From: Deltaproteobacteria bacterium
GTDB lineage: Bacteria; Desulfobacterota_D; UBA1144; Nemesobacterales; Nemesobacteraceae
Direction: 5' to 3'
DNA length: 64,000 nt
Assembly: GCA_029262295.1 (NCBI GenBank)
Contig: JAJCZR010000065.1
Span: forward strand, 857 to 64,856
The notes beneath the pieces are model-generated. The model was not told the origin of the DNA. It ran no database searches and was given only the letters and a program-made list of their open reading frames with translations. Below are positions 46,855 through 56,391 of this stretch, piece by piece (position 1 is the stretch's first letter; each line of letters starts with the position of its first letter). A program made the position numbers and the translations under genes.

Positions 46855-48702
46855 ATGTTACTCGATATTGCAAAATTATTGCTCCAAAAAAATCTGGTTA
46901 ATTACCAGAACATAAAAAATGTTCTCGAGAAGAACGATAGTATCACTATCAAAAGCTTTAAAGACTCTTTAATAAGCTCGGGACTTATTGACAGAAATGT
47001 TCTTGAAGACCAGATTAGAAGAAACTTCGGGGCAAACATTGAAGATATAAAAAATATTGAGATTGATAAAGAAATACTTCAGCACATAAGAAAAGAAACG
47101 GCTGCAGGACATTTGGTTTTACCATTAAGGATATCAGACTCAAAGCTTGTTGTTGCAATGGCTGATCCATCCGACCTTTTTTTACTTGATCAACTTGGAT
47201 TTGAATCAGGCCTTGGAATTACCCCTGTGATGGCTTCAAAGGAAACTATCAGAAATGCCGTTATAAAAAATTATAAAATTGATTTTAATGATCAGCATGT
47301 CGAAATTGAGTCACTCGACTTTTCAAATTCAACTGAAAATATTATAAGTGAGCTAAAAGAGTACGAGAATAATGATGGAAATGGACATGCGAGTGAAACT
47401 TCACACACAGAAACAACTGAGAAAATTGAAGAACCAATAACGCAGCCAAAACCAGAAATAGAAGCTGGAAAAAATATTGAAAGTTCAAACAGTCATGAAA
47501 TAGCTTTAGGGTTAGAACCTAAAATAGATGGCGCTGAAGAAGCACAAAGCTCACCATCAAATGCTGAAAAAACTGTTGGTTCTGAATTCGCCCCTTTTAA
47601 AAGCTCTCTTTCAGAAAGCACCTCTGAAAATATTGAGATTGAAAGAAACCCTGAAGTTCTGGAAAACAGATCACAAAACGACAACTTACAGGATTTAGCT
47701 AAGCAACCAATAGATGATGATATTATCCTGCTTGACGATAAAGTCGCTGAAAAAGAAAAAAATGATTTAAATAATTCAAATCCATTTACAAGTGCTCTCA
47801 ATAAAGACGAACTGATTCCTGAGGTAACTGAAGAGCTAACCCCCTTTGTTCGTGAAGAGCAACCACTGCAGGAAGGGGAAGTTGAAGTTGAACAGCTCAG
47901 TGAAGAAAAAGAGCCTTCAGATAATAACCAGTCAAACCTGTTTACAAGTGCTGTATCAACAACAAAGGAAATAAATGATAATAAACCTCTTGAAGAAGTA
48001 ACAGAAGATCTCTCCCCCATTCTTCATAAAAATGAAGCTTTTCATAAAGAAGAATCTGAATATAAAGAAATTGAAGAGCTAAAAGCAGATGAAATTATTT
48101 CTGAACCCATTAGTAAGGAATCAAACCCTTTTGCAAGCCCAATAAAAAAGGATCCCGAAAACAACCTTGATGAAATAAGTGATGGCCCTTTTGTAGAAAA
48201 AAACCCTTTTGATCTTGCTCCTGATACTGTATTAACAAATACCATCGATGAATCAACCGAACAAATTCTGGAAAAAGAGCCTATAAAAGATCAAATTGAT
48301 CTTACAAAAGATGAGCTTCCAAAAGCTGCCCCTGAAGATATTAATATTTTAATAGTTGATAAAAGCGTCACTATGCAAAGGGTAATGACGCAAACACTTG
48401 AGAAAATAGGCTACAATGTCGTAAACTCAGATAATGCTATTGATGCAATATCCAAGATAAATAACAGTAAGCCTGATCTGATTGTAATAGATATTAAACT
48501 TCCACACATGGATGGTTATCAGCTTTGTAAGACAATAAAGAAAAATGCTGATACAAAAGATATACCGATAGTTATGCTTTCTGGAAAAGATGGTATTTTA
48601 GATAAAATGAAGGGTAAAATGGCTGGGGCCAATGCATATATTACAAAACCTTTTAAACCAAACCGATTAACATCCATAATTGAAGAACTAACCTCAAACT
48701 AG
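46855..48702 (+). CDS. response regulator with PilB/GspE-type N-terminal domain, long acidic linker and PilG-like receiver
   Basis: VLPLRISDSKLVVAMADPSD (T2SSE_N); C-terminal PDLIVIDIKLPHMDGYQLC...MLSGKDGILDK..G...GANAYITKPF. Confidence 0.8.
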   Translation: MLLDIAKLLLQKNLVNYQNIKNVLEKNDSITIKSFKDSLISSGLIDRNVLEDQIRRNFGANIEDIKNIEIDKEILQHIRKETAAGHLVLPLRISDSKLVVAMADPSDLFLLDQLGFESGLGITPVMASKETIRNAVIKNYKIDFNDQHVEIESLDFSNSTENIISELKEYENNDGNGHASETSHTETTEKIEEPITQPKPEIEAGKNIESSNSHEIALGLEPKIDGAEEAQSSPSNAEKTVGSEFAPFKSSLSESTSENIEIERNPEVLENRSQNDNLQDLAKQPIDDDIILLDDKVAEKEKNDLNNSNPFTSALNKDELIPEVTEELTPFVREEQPLQEGEVEVEQLSEEKEPSDNNQSNLFTSAVSTTKEINDNKPLEEVTEDLSPILHKNEAFHKEESEYKEIEELKADEIISEPISKESNPFASPIKKDPENNLDEISDGPFVEKNPFDLAPDTVLTNTIDESTEQILEKEPIKDQIDLTKDELPKAAPEDINILIVDKSVTMQRVMTQTLEKIGYNVVNSDNAIDAISKINNSKPDLIVIDIKLPHMDGYQLCKTIKKNADTKDIPIVMLSGKDGILDKMKGKMAGANAYITKPFKPNRLTSIIEELTSN

Positions 48703-48962
48703 TACTTAATAATCTTTTATCTTTTTCACCAAACCCTTAGAAGTTTTAAAAATTAATCTTAAAGACAAATTAACATCGAAAACAACTTTTATTATTTATA
48801 TCCATTATTTTCGTGTATATTTCTCCTTTCAAAATTCTATCTATAACTTTACTCTGAAAGATTTTCGTAAATGTTGTGAGGAGAAACACAAAGACCGGCG
48901 CAATTTCCATAGTGCTTTTTTCACTTTATTACCTCAACGCTTAAACACAGGAACCCCTTTAA

Positions 48963-50651
48963 ATGAACAATAGCAGCCTTAAAAAAAATTATATTCTGTT
49001 TTTAGTGCTTTCCACAATTATTATATTTGGTTACTCATTCTTTTTTTATAAACCTGCGCCCAAAAAACCAATAGCAGAAAAAACAACTGAGCAACCGGTT
49101 ATCAATCCCAGGCTTGAAGAGATTAATGAGATTGAAGAAATAAATATCAATCCGATTGATAATACACCTGAGGCAAAAAAGCTTGATAGCAATTATTTAA
49201 GTAAGACAATTACGGTTGAAACAAAAAAGTATATTGCAAAGATCGATACACTTGGTGGAAGAATAGTTGAGTTTGAATTAAAGGGTTTCGACGATACAAC
49301 TGCAGAGAATTCACCGCAAGTAAAAGTGGTGGATGAATCAAAAAATTCTTTTCACAACATCTTGAGATTGACAGGTGTGGATGTGCCGCCAAGAATTCCC
49401 TACAACTATAATGGTAACGAGTTTATAAATGTTGATTCTGAAAGTTTTAATCTTAACATGGCATGGAATAGCAGCTCTGGTGTAACTGTCAAAAAAACTA
49501 TCAGATTTTTTGACTCTGAATACTTTATTGAAGAAAATTTTGAGGTTGAAAACAACACAGCAGCCACGATTGAAGAAAAACTTTATATAAGCTGGTTAAA
49601 CAGGGTTAATGAAAGCAGCGATACAGCCAGCAACTACAAGTTTGTCTCAATGGTTGATAATGATGTCGACCGAATAAAAAAGCCTCCAAAAGAGCCCGAA
49701 AACTTTAAAGGCACAATCAACTGGTTCGGTTTTTCAGGCAAATATTTTTTCAATGCCTTTTTGCCTGAAATAGGTGGCTCATCAAACCTTAATGTTGAAA
49801 AAACAAGCGAAAAGGGTTTTGTTAAGTCAACTTTTTCCTATCCGTCAAAACAAATAACTTCTGGCAACAGCTCACAGAAAAAATGGAGAATGTACCTGGG
49901 CCCCAAAAACAAAGAGGATCTTGTCCGCGCTGGTTATAACCTTGAAGAATCAATCGACTATGGATATGCAGGAGTGCTCACAAAGGTTGCTGTGGGCGTA
50001 CTTAAATTTGTAAACAAATACATCAAAAACTATGGTGTATCAATTATAATAACCACCATTTTTCTTCGTCTGATCTTTTTACCCCTTACAGTAAAAAGCA
50101 TGAGGTCAATGAAAGAAGTTCAGATGAAAATGCAGGCATTAAAACCAAAAATTAATGCCCTAAAAGAAAAATATAAAGACGACAAACAAACCCAGCAAAC
50201 TGAAATGATGAAGCTTTATTCAAGCAACGGTGTTAACCCACTTAGTAGCCTGGGTGGATGCCTTCCACTTCTACTTCAGTTTCCGGTGTTTATTGCACTT
50301 TACTTTGCACTTTTATATTCGATAGATCTTCGTCATACACCTTTTCTATGGATAAATGATTTGTCGGAACCTGAACATCTATTCGATATTCTTGGAATTC
50401 CATTCAGGATACTGCCATTACTAATGGGTGTTTCGTGGTTTTTCTCACAGAAACTTACACCTACCACGGCACCTGGAAGCGAAACTATGCAACTGCAGAT
50501 GAAAATGATGCAATTTATGCCTATAATATTTACGGTTATGTTTTGGGGATTACCATCTGGTTTGATACTATATTGGACGGTAAGCAATATCATATCAATT
50601 GGGCAACAACTTTATATTAACCGCGGAACTACCATACAGACAGGAGGATAA
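48963..50651 (+). CDS. yidC: membrane protein insertase YidC
   Basis: NYGVSII, GGCLPLLLQFPVF, WINDLS, PSGLILYW. Confidence 0.96.
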   Translation: MNNSSLKKNYILFLVLSTIIIFGYSFFFYKPAPKKPIAEKTTEQPVINPRLEEINEIEEININPIDNTPEAKKLDSNYLSKTITVETKKYIAKIDTLGGRIVEFELKGFDDTTAENSPQVKVVDESKNSFHNILRLTGVDVPPRIPYNYNGNEFINVDSESFNLNMAWNSSSGVTVKKTIRFFDSEYFIEENFEVENNTAATIEEKLYISWLNRVNESSDTASNYKFVSMVDNDVDRIKKPPKEPENFKGTINWFGFSGKYFFNAFLPEIGGSSNLNVEKTSEKGFVKSTFSYPSKQITSGNSSQKKWRMYLGPKNKEDLVRAGYNLEESIDYGYAGVLTKVAVGVLKFVNKYIKNYGVSIIITTIFLRLIFLPLTVKSMRSMKEVQMKMQALKPKINALKEKYKDDKQTQQTEMMKLYSSNGVNPLSSLGGCLPLLLQFPVFIALYFALLYSIDLRHTPFLWINDLSEPEHLFDILGIPFRILPLLMGVSWFFSQKLTPTTAPGSETMQLQMKMMQFMPIIFTVMFWGLPSGLILYWTVSNIISIGQQLYINRGTTIQTGG

Positions 50652-50656
50652 CTAAC

Positions 50657-51313
50657 ATGTCGATAGAACTTGAAAAAGAAGGAAAAACTGTTTCAGAAGC
50701 AACAATCAGTGCATGCGAGGAACTTGGAGTAGCAAGAGACGATATAGAAGTAGAAGTTTTACAGAAAGGATCCAAAGGCGTTTTGGGAATAGGCAGTAAA
50801 AATGCCATAGTAAAAGTAAAAGTTAAGGCTAAAGAAAAAGCTAAAGAAAAAGGCTCTAGCGAAAAAGGGCAAAAAGCAAAAGAAGCCCTTGAGACACTTC
50901 TCAGCCATCTTGTTTCAACGCAAAATGTAAACATTGTTGAATCGGATAGAAGAATAAAACTTGAAATCAAAGAGACTGAAGATAAAGGCCTTCTAATTGG
51001 AAAAGGCGGGGAGATGATAAGGGCCCTTGAGTATATTGTTGGAAAGATATCATCAAGGAACTGTTCTGACGGAAGGGAAAAAAGAATATCTATTGATGTT
51101 GATGGATATAAAAACAGAAGGGAATCAGGGGTTTCAAGAAAAGTGGTTGATGCCATAAAAAGAGTTAAAAAGACAAATGAACCATATACGCTTGAAAGGC
51201 TTTCCTCTTATGAAAGAAGAATTGCTTATATAACAATAAAAAACGAAAGTGGTATTAAATACGATACTGTTATAGATGGTAATCATAAAAAGATTATTAT
51301 TAGCCCGAGTTAA
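50657..51313 (+). CDS. jag: Jag/EloR (KhpB) RNA-binding protein
   Basis: Jag_N EGKTVSEA, KH LIGKGGE, degenerate R3H (ERRIAY); follows yidC. Confidence 0.9.
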   Translation: MSIELEKEGKTVSEATISACEELGVARDDIEVEVLQKGSKGVLGIGSKNAIVKVKVKAKEKAKEKGSSEKGQKAKEALETLLSHLVSTQNVNIVESDRRIKLEIKETEDKGLLIGKGGEMIRALEYIVGKISSRNCSDGREKRISIDVDGYKNRRESGVSRKVVDAIKRVKKTNEPYTLERLSSYERRIAYITIKNESGIKYDTVIDGNHKKIIISPS

Positions 51314-51334
51314 AAAAGCACTCTGAGAACATAT

Positions 51335-51538
51335 CGTCATTCTGAACTTGTTTCAGAATCTTTTTATATGTCATCCCAGACTTGATCTGGGATCCAGAAT
51401 GTTGACTAGAAATATAAATACATCCCTGGATTAACTAGATTGCTACAAAACTAAGTGTTAGCTAATAAATCATTCTTTCTCACCACTCTGGATTCCGGCT
51501 CGAAGGCCGGAATGACCCTTCGACAAGCTCAGGGCAGG
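51335..51538. repeat. cluster of YGTC-tagged REP-like repeats plus a 23-bp mini-element
   Basis: Copies at 51335-51361 (+), 51369-51397 (+) and 51488-51516 (-); CCCTTCGACAAGCTCAGGGCAGG at 51516-51538. Confidence 0.85.
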
Positions 51539-51568
51539 CTCTTTGCATCATGAATTTTAACCCATAGT

Positions 51569-51607
51569 CACCCCCATCCTCACCTTCCCCCATCAAGAGG
51601 GAAGGGA
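51569..51607 (+). repeat. C-rich-leader hairpin repeat (different family)
   Basis: CACCCCCATCCTCA-CCTTCCC-CCATCAAGA-GGGAAGG-GA; single copy in the window. Confidence 0.55.
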
Positions 51608-51620
51608 TTAATAGGGAAAC

Positions 51621-52073
51621 TTACTTTCTAATACCTTCAAAAAACTCTTTTAAAATAGCGCCACACTCTTTTTCAAGAACACTTTCTGTAAACTCAATTT
51701 TGTGGTTTAGCTTTTTATCCCAGCCAATCTCATAATTGCTGATCAGGGCCCCTGCTTTTGGGTCTTTTGCCCCAAATACAACCCTTTTTATCCTGGAATT
51801 AATAATTGCACCCATACACATCACGCAGGGCTCAAGAGTAACATAAAGAGTGGTATCAATTAATCTCCAGCTTTGGAGTTTTTCAGAAGCTTCTTTTATA
51901 GCAAGAATCTCAGCATGAGCTGTGGGGTCATTTCTTGATTCTCTAAGATTATGGGATTTTGAAAGGATGGAATTATTTGAGCCGATTATTACGCAGCCGA
52001 CTGGCACTTCATTAATACGCCTGGCCTCTTTTGCTTCTTCGAGGGCCAGGCGCATAAATTTTTCGTCATTCAC
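51621..52073 (-). CDS. tadA: tRNA adenosine(34) deaminase
   Basis: EVPVG, DPTAHAE, TLEPCVMC, DPKAGA. Confidence 0.94.
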   Translation of the reverse strand: MNDEKFMRLALEEAKEARRINEVPVGCVIIGSNNSILSKSHNLRESRNDPTAHAEILAIKEASEKLQSWRLIDTTLYVTLEPCVMCMGAIINSRIKRVVFGAKDPKAGALISNYEIGWDKKLNHKIEFTESVLEKECGAILKEFFEGIRK

Positions 52074-52078
52074 AAATT

Positions 52079-53800
52079 TTATTTTCTAGCACTAAATTTG
52101 ATACCAGATTCATTTCTGTCCCAGGTATTGTCTGTTATTTCTTTGATTTCAGCAACTTTAACCTTTTGAGTGGCAGTCATTGGAAAACCATCTTCAAACA
52201 CCTCAATAAATCTTGGCACCATGGCAACCATTACCCTTTCTGCCATCCATTTACAAAACTCAATAGGATCGAAGTTTTCACCTTTCTTTGTAGTTACGCA
52301 AAGTTTAATTTCATCATCTGAAACATTCGGGAGCCTTATACCAACTGCAATAGCTTCCTGGATTGCTGGATACTGCATAGCTTCATCACTAACAGCAACG
52401 GGGTCAACATTTTCACCTGAAACCCTGATTCTGCTGAAACGTCCTACAAAATAAAATCTTCCATCAATTCCTTTTGCAAATATATCGTCAGAGTTAAAAA
52501 AGCCTTCATCATCAAAAGCTTCATTTGTTCTTTTTTCATCTTTAAAATACTCATTTAGAGTTGTGTTTGGAACAAGTGGTTTAACAAAAAGAAGACCTTT
52601 TGCATCATCAGGAGGAGTAATATCGTCAGTTGAATCCCAAAAAGGCCTTACAACATCATCAATATCATCAGGATTTCTGAGCTCCACGTAGTAACCTTCC
52701 ATTGGGAAACCAGATGATCCGGGCCTGTGGTCTTCAGGGTCTTTCCAAAGGACCATACCCATCTCAGTTGAACCATATCCATCTATTACCCTCACACCAA
52801 ACCTTTTCTGAAATTCCACAAGGTTTCTGGGGGCAGGAGAACCAAGCATTATTCTTACTTTGTGTTTCTGGTCCCACTCAGATTCTGGGGCTGCCCAGAG
52901 ATATTCTGCAACCGCACCAAGCATATTCACTCCTGTTGCACCACAATTCGCCGCCCATTTCCAAAAATTAGAAGCTGAAAAACGTGGAAAGAATACAGCC
53001 GTTGCCCCACTTCCCATTGCACTGAAAAGACACATAACCTGTGCATTGGCATGGCCAAGTGAAAGTATACTCATAAGAGTATCTTCACTCCTTACACCCT
53101 GCTGCTGAAGATAGGCGCGCACTGTCATAAGAACCCCGCCGTGATCCCTTGCCACACCTTTGGGCATACCAGTAGTTCCGGATGTAAACATACATCTCTC
53201 CATATCTGATACAGATATCTTCACTCCAGGGTTGGAAGCATCATTTCCGTCAAAAGCAGAAAATGGAAGGGTTTTAATATCACCTATTTTTTCAGGTGGA
53301 TTATCCGAAGTTACAAAAATTACTTCGAGGTTTTCAAGGTCAGTGGCTATATCCTGAATAAAAGGAACACTTCCTTCATCAATAATAAGCGCCTTCATAT
53401 CAGAATAGTTAATTACGTATGCTAACCTTTCACCTTTTTCATCTTTGTTTATAGGCACTTGCACTGCGCCTGATTTATGAATAGCAATGATTGAAACAAC
53501 ATACTGTGAGCAGTTGAGCATATACATACCAACTTTTTCACCTTTTTTAACCCCAAAGTCTTTGATTAGGCCATTTGATATTTTGTTTGCCCATTCATTT
53601 GTTTCTTTATAAGTGTAGCTTTCAATAATATTTCCATCGGGATCACCAACTTTATACATTACTTTGTCTGGAAACATCTCTGCACCTTTTTCAAGGCATT
53701 TTGTAATTGGTTCCCATTTTGATGTATCTTCAAAATTTCCAAAGGGAAGAGTCCCTTCTCCAAGATAGGCTGTGTCACGTGGTTTGAATAGTAAACGCAT
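52079..53800 (-). CDS. CaiC-like AMP-forming acyl-CoA ligase (paralog A)
   Basis: FTSGTTGMPKG, GYGSTE, RVSGENV, TATQK. Confidence 0.87.
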   Translation of the reverse strand: MRLLFKPRDTAYLGEGTLPFGNFEDTSKWEPITKCLEKGAEMFPDKVMYKVGDPDGNIIESYTYKETNEWANKISNGLIKDFGVKKGEKVGMYMLNCSQYVVSIIAIHKSGAVQVPINKDEKGERLAYVINYSDMKALIIDEGSVPFIQDIATDLENLEVIFVTSDNPPEKIGDIKTLPFSAFDGNDASNPGVKISVSDMERCMFTSGTTGMPKGVARDHGGVLMTVRAYLQQQGVRSEDTLMSILSLGHANAQVMCLFSAMGSGATAVFFPRFSASNFWKWAANCGATGVNMLGAVAEYLWAAPESEWDQKHKVRIMLGSPAPRNLVEFQKRFGVRVIDGYGSTEMGMVLWKDPEDHRPGSSGFPMEGYYVELRNPDDIDDVVRPFWDSTDDITPPDDAKGLLFVKPLVPNTTLNEYFKDEKRTNEAFDDEGFFNSDDIFAKGIDGRFYFVGRFSRIRVSGENVDPVAVSDEAMQYPAIQEAIAVGIRLPNVSDDEIKLCVTTKKGENFDPIEFCKWMAERVMVAMVPRFIEVFEDGFPMTATQKVKVAEIKEITDNTWDRNESGIKFSARK

Positions 53801-53993
53801 TTTATAATTTTCCTCCTGAGTTTTTAAGCATTTAGTAATAAAAATGCCCCATAAATATAGACCATGAGCTTAATTTTTCAAATCTCAAAACACATAAACA
53901 GTTTTACAATTAATCTCAGCTAATTTATAAACTTCTAATTCAAACAGATTATGTGATAATAATGTCCACAAAAATTATCTTAAAACTGCCTAT

Positions 53994-54941
53994 ATGGACT
54001 TTACTTTCATAATAATAAACCTCTCGCTATTCCTTGTCGGTCTCACGCTGCTTCTAATAGGAGGGGAATTCCTCGTAAGGGGATCATCAAACTTTGCAAG
54101 ATCTCTTGGAATAAGCCCCATAGTTATTGGACTTACCGTTGTGGCTTTTGGAACTTCATCACCTGAATTCCTTGTGTGCCTCACTGCTGCTATTAAAGGA
54201 TCAAGTGATATTGCACTTGGAAATATAGTGGGAAGCAATATCTCAAATATTGGGCTTATTTTAGGAATGACAGCAATTTTATATCCCATTTTAATTAACA
54301 AAAAGATATTTAGACTTGAACTGCCAATAATGGTGATACTCACTATTGCCCTTGTCGCTCTTTGCTACAGGCTCGAGCTTGGAAGGGTTGAGGGAATAAT
54401 TATTTTTTTGATGCTCCCCGCTTTTGTAATTCTGAGTTACAAAAAATCTAAAAAAGTTATTTTTGAGAATGAGATTAATGAGTTTGGCCCCAACACCTTT
54501 AATCAGAAATTAAAATATATTGCATATATAGTTTTTGGGCTTGCAGGACTTATTTTAGGTGCCAATTTAATAGTAGAAAAATCAATCTTGTTTGCACGGT
54601 CTATGGGAGTAAGTGAACTCGTTATAGGAATAACTGCTGTAGCAATCGGAACATCGCTTCCGGAGCTTTCCGCATCAATAATCGCTGCAATAAAAAAAGA
54701 ACATGATTTAATAATCGGAAACATTATAGGAAGCAATATATTCAATATCGGGATACTGGGCCTTGTGTCTGCTATTCAGCCTATATCCGTTAATACTGCA
54801 ATGTTTAAACGCGAACTTCCAGTCTTACTTTTATTTACATTAATTCTGGTTCCGATCATGAGAACCGGTTTTAAAATAAGCAGAATTGAAGGATTTATAT
54901 TCCTGATTTTATATGGCAGCTTTGTTTATATTCTTTTTTAG
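53994..54941 (+). CDS. calcium/sodium antiporter (YrbG family)
   Basis: GTSSPE and GTSLPE repeats; GNIVGSN and GNIIGSN. Confidence 0.93.
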   Translation: MDFTFIIINLSLFLVGLTLLLIGGEFLVRGSSNFARSLGISPIVIGLTVVAFGTSSPEFLVCLTAAIKGSSDIALGNIVGSNISNIGLILGMTAILYPILINKKIFRLELPIMVILTIALVALCYRLELGRVEGIIIFLMLPAFVILSYKKSKKVIFENEINEFGPNTFNQKLKYIAYIVFGLAGLILGANLIVEKSILFARSMGVSELVIGITAVAIGTSLPELSASIIAAIKKEHDLIIGNIIGSNIFNIGILGLVSAIQPISVNTAMFKRELPVLLLFTLILVPIMRTGFKISRIEGFIFLILYGSFVYILF

Positions 54942-54949
54942 AAAAACTT

Positions 54950-56386
54950 TTAGGCACTACAGCCTCTCTTCCTAACCTTTTCAATCGGCCTAAAGTTCAT
55001 CAATTTACGAATAGCAAAAGGAATAGGTTTATTAAACATTAGATCATTTTCAGCGTTTATTACATTGTAAAATTTTCCATTCTTTTCATATTCAACCTGA
55101 ATACCCTTAACACTTTTTTTGGTTTCCAGATAAACAATAAGTCTGAGCTGAAAAAAAGGTATTACTAAATCCCTGTTTTGAATTTTCTTTAATTCTTTGA
55201 TATTTGTACTTTTAATTGATACTAGATCGTCCTGGTAATCAAAAATCCTTATCCATTTTCCAAGAAAGAAATGATTGGGATTTATCCCTTCTGTTCTTAG
55301 GTTGCTGTACATGGATAATGTATTATGGGTTTTTAAACCTAAATATGGCTGAAAAGAGTGAATTGCAAGTAAAAACGGAATAAGCAAAATTATAATATTT
55401 GTTTTAAAAAAACCATTTTTCCATATAAATTCCTTTTCTTTAAGATTTGTAAATAAATAGAACACAACAGCTGCACAATAAATATAAAAACCTAATTTTA
55501 GCAGGTCATTTATAAATACTCTTATTATAAAACCGCTCTCAGATATTAAATAAATGGATTTGGAAAATAATTTAAAGGCCAGAAACAAAAGCAGACTTAA
55601 AAAAACAATAATATATGGGGCTTTTAACTTTACTACATAACTTCTAATCCCTAAAATAAATTGTGATAATGTCTGCTTTCCAAAGAAATTATCTGGAAGA
55701 AAAAGACTTAAAAGTGCAAACATTATATAGCTAAACCTTCTATATCCAAGTATTCCAAGAATTATCTGAAATAAAACGCCTAAAACAATTCCAATCATTC
55801 TGGTTCTTTTAAATATCAATAAAACGGGGATAAAAAATTCAAAACCGACACTTACAAACATCATTGAGTTTATAATTGAATTACTTGTCGAAAGAAACGG
55901 GATTTTATTTGCCAGGTTAAGATACTGCTGAACTCCACAACTAACATCCGGTGAGAAATAATCAAAGTTGAGCTTATGAACAAATGAAGCAAAATAAATT
56001 ACAAGAAGCTCAAGCCTAAGTGCCGGGGCAAAAATACGAAAAAGAACATCTGCTGATATTTCTTTTTTTCTAAACAAAAGTATTAAGTATGAAAAAACTA
56101 CAGTTGACGATATAAAAATAGTTGTATACCAGTGATGGTTATTAATAGGAAGAAGGGTAACAACTGTGAATACTTGAAGCACTGCCTGAAAAAAGAAGAG
56201 CCTTAAATCGTAAGGTCTGAATAAATTTAAAACTGCAAGAAGAGTTAAAGAAAAATCAAAGAATGAATTGAATATATCCCTGTAAAATACTTGGTGGGCT
56301 ATAACAGCAATAGACCAAAGAAATATAAAGAGTGTAAAATTTTGATTGTTTGATGATCTGGTCCTGACAAAGTTCCTAAAATACAC
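54950..56386 (-). CDS. HTTM-like polytopic membrane protein
   Basis: Many TM segments; YFASFVHKLN, VSCG, YLGLKT...MYSNLRTEG..NH. Confidence 0.65.
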   Translation of the reverse strand: MYFRNFVRTRSSNNQNFTLFIFLWSIAVIAHQVFYRDIFNSFFDFSLTLLAVLNLFRPYDLRLFFFQAVLQVFTVVTLLPINNHHWYTTIFISSTVVFSYLILLFRKKEISADVLFRIFAPALRLELLVIYFASFVHKLNFDYFSPDVSCGVQQYLNLANKIPFLSTSNSIINSMMFVSVGFEFFIPVLLIFKRTRMIGIVLGVLFQIILGILGYRRFSYIMFALLSLFLPDNFFGKQTLSQFILGIRSYVVKLKAPYIIVFLSLLLFLAFKLFSKSIYLISESGFIIRVFINDLLKLGFYIYCAAVVFYLFTNLKEKEFIWKNGFFKTNIIILLIPFLLAIHSFQPYLGLKTHNTLSMYSNLRTEGINPNHFFLGKWIRIFDYQDDLVSIKSTNIKELKKIQNRDLVIPFFQLRLIVYLETKKSVKGIQVEYEKNGKFYNVINAENDLMFNKPIPFAIRKLMNFRPIEKVRKRGCSA

Positions 56387-56391
56387 AGCAA

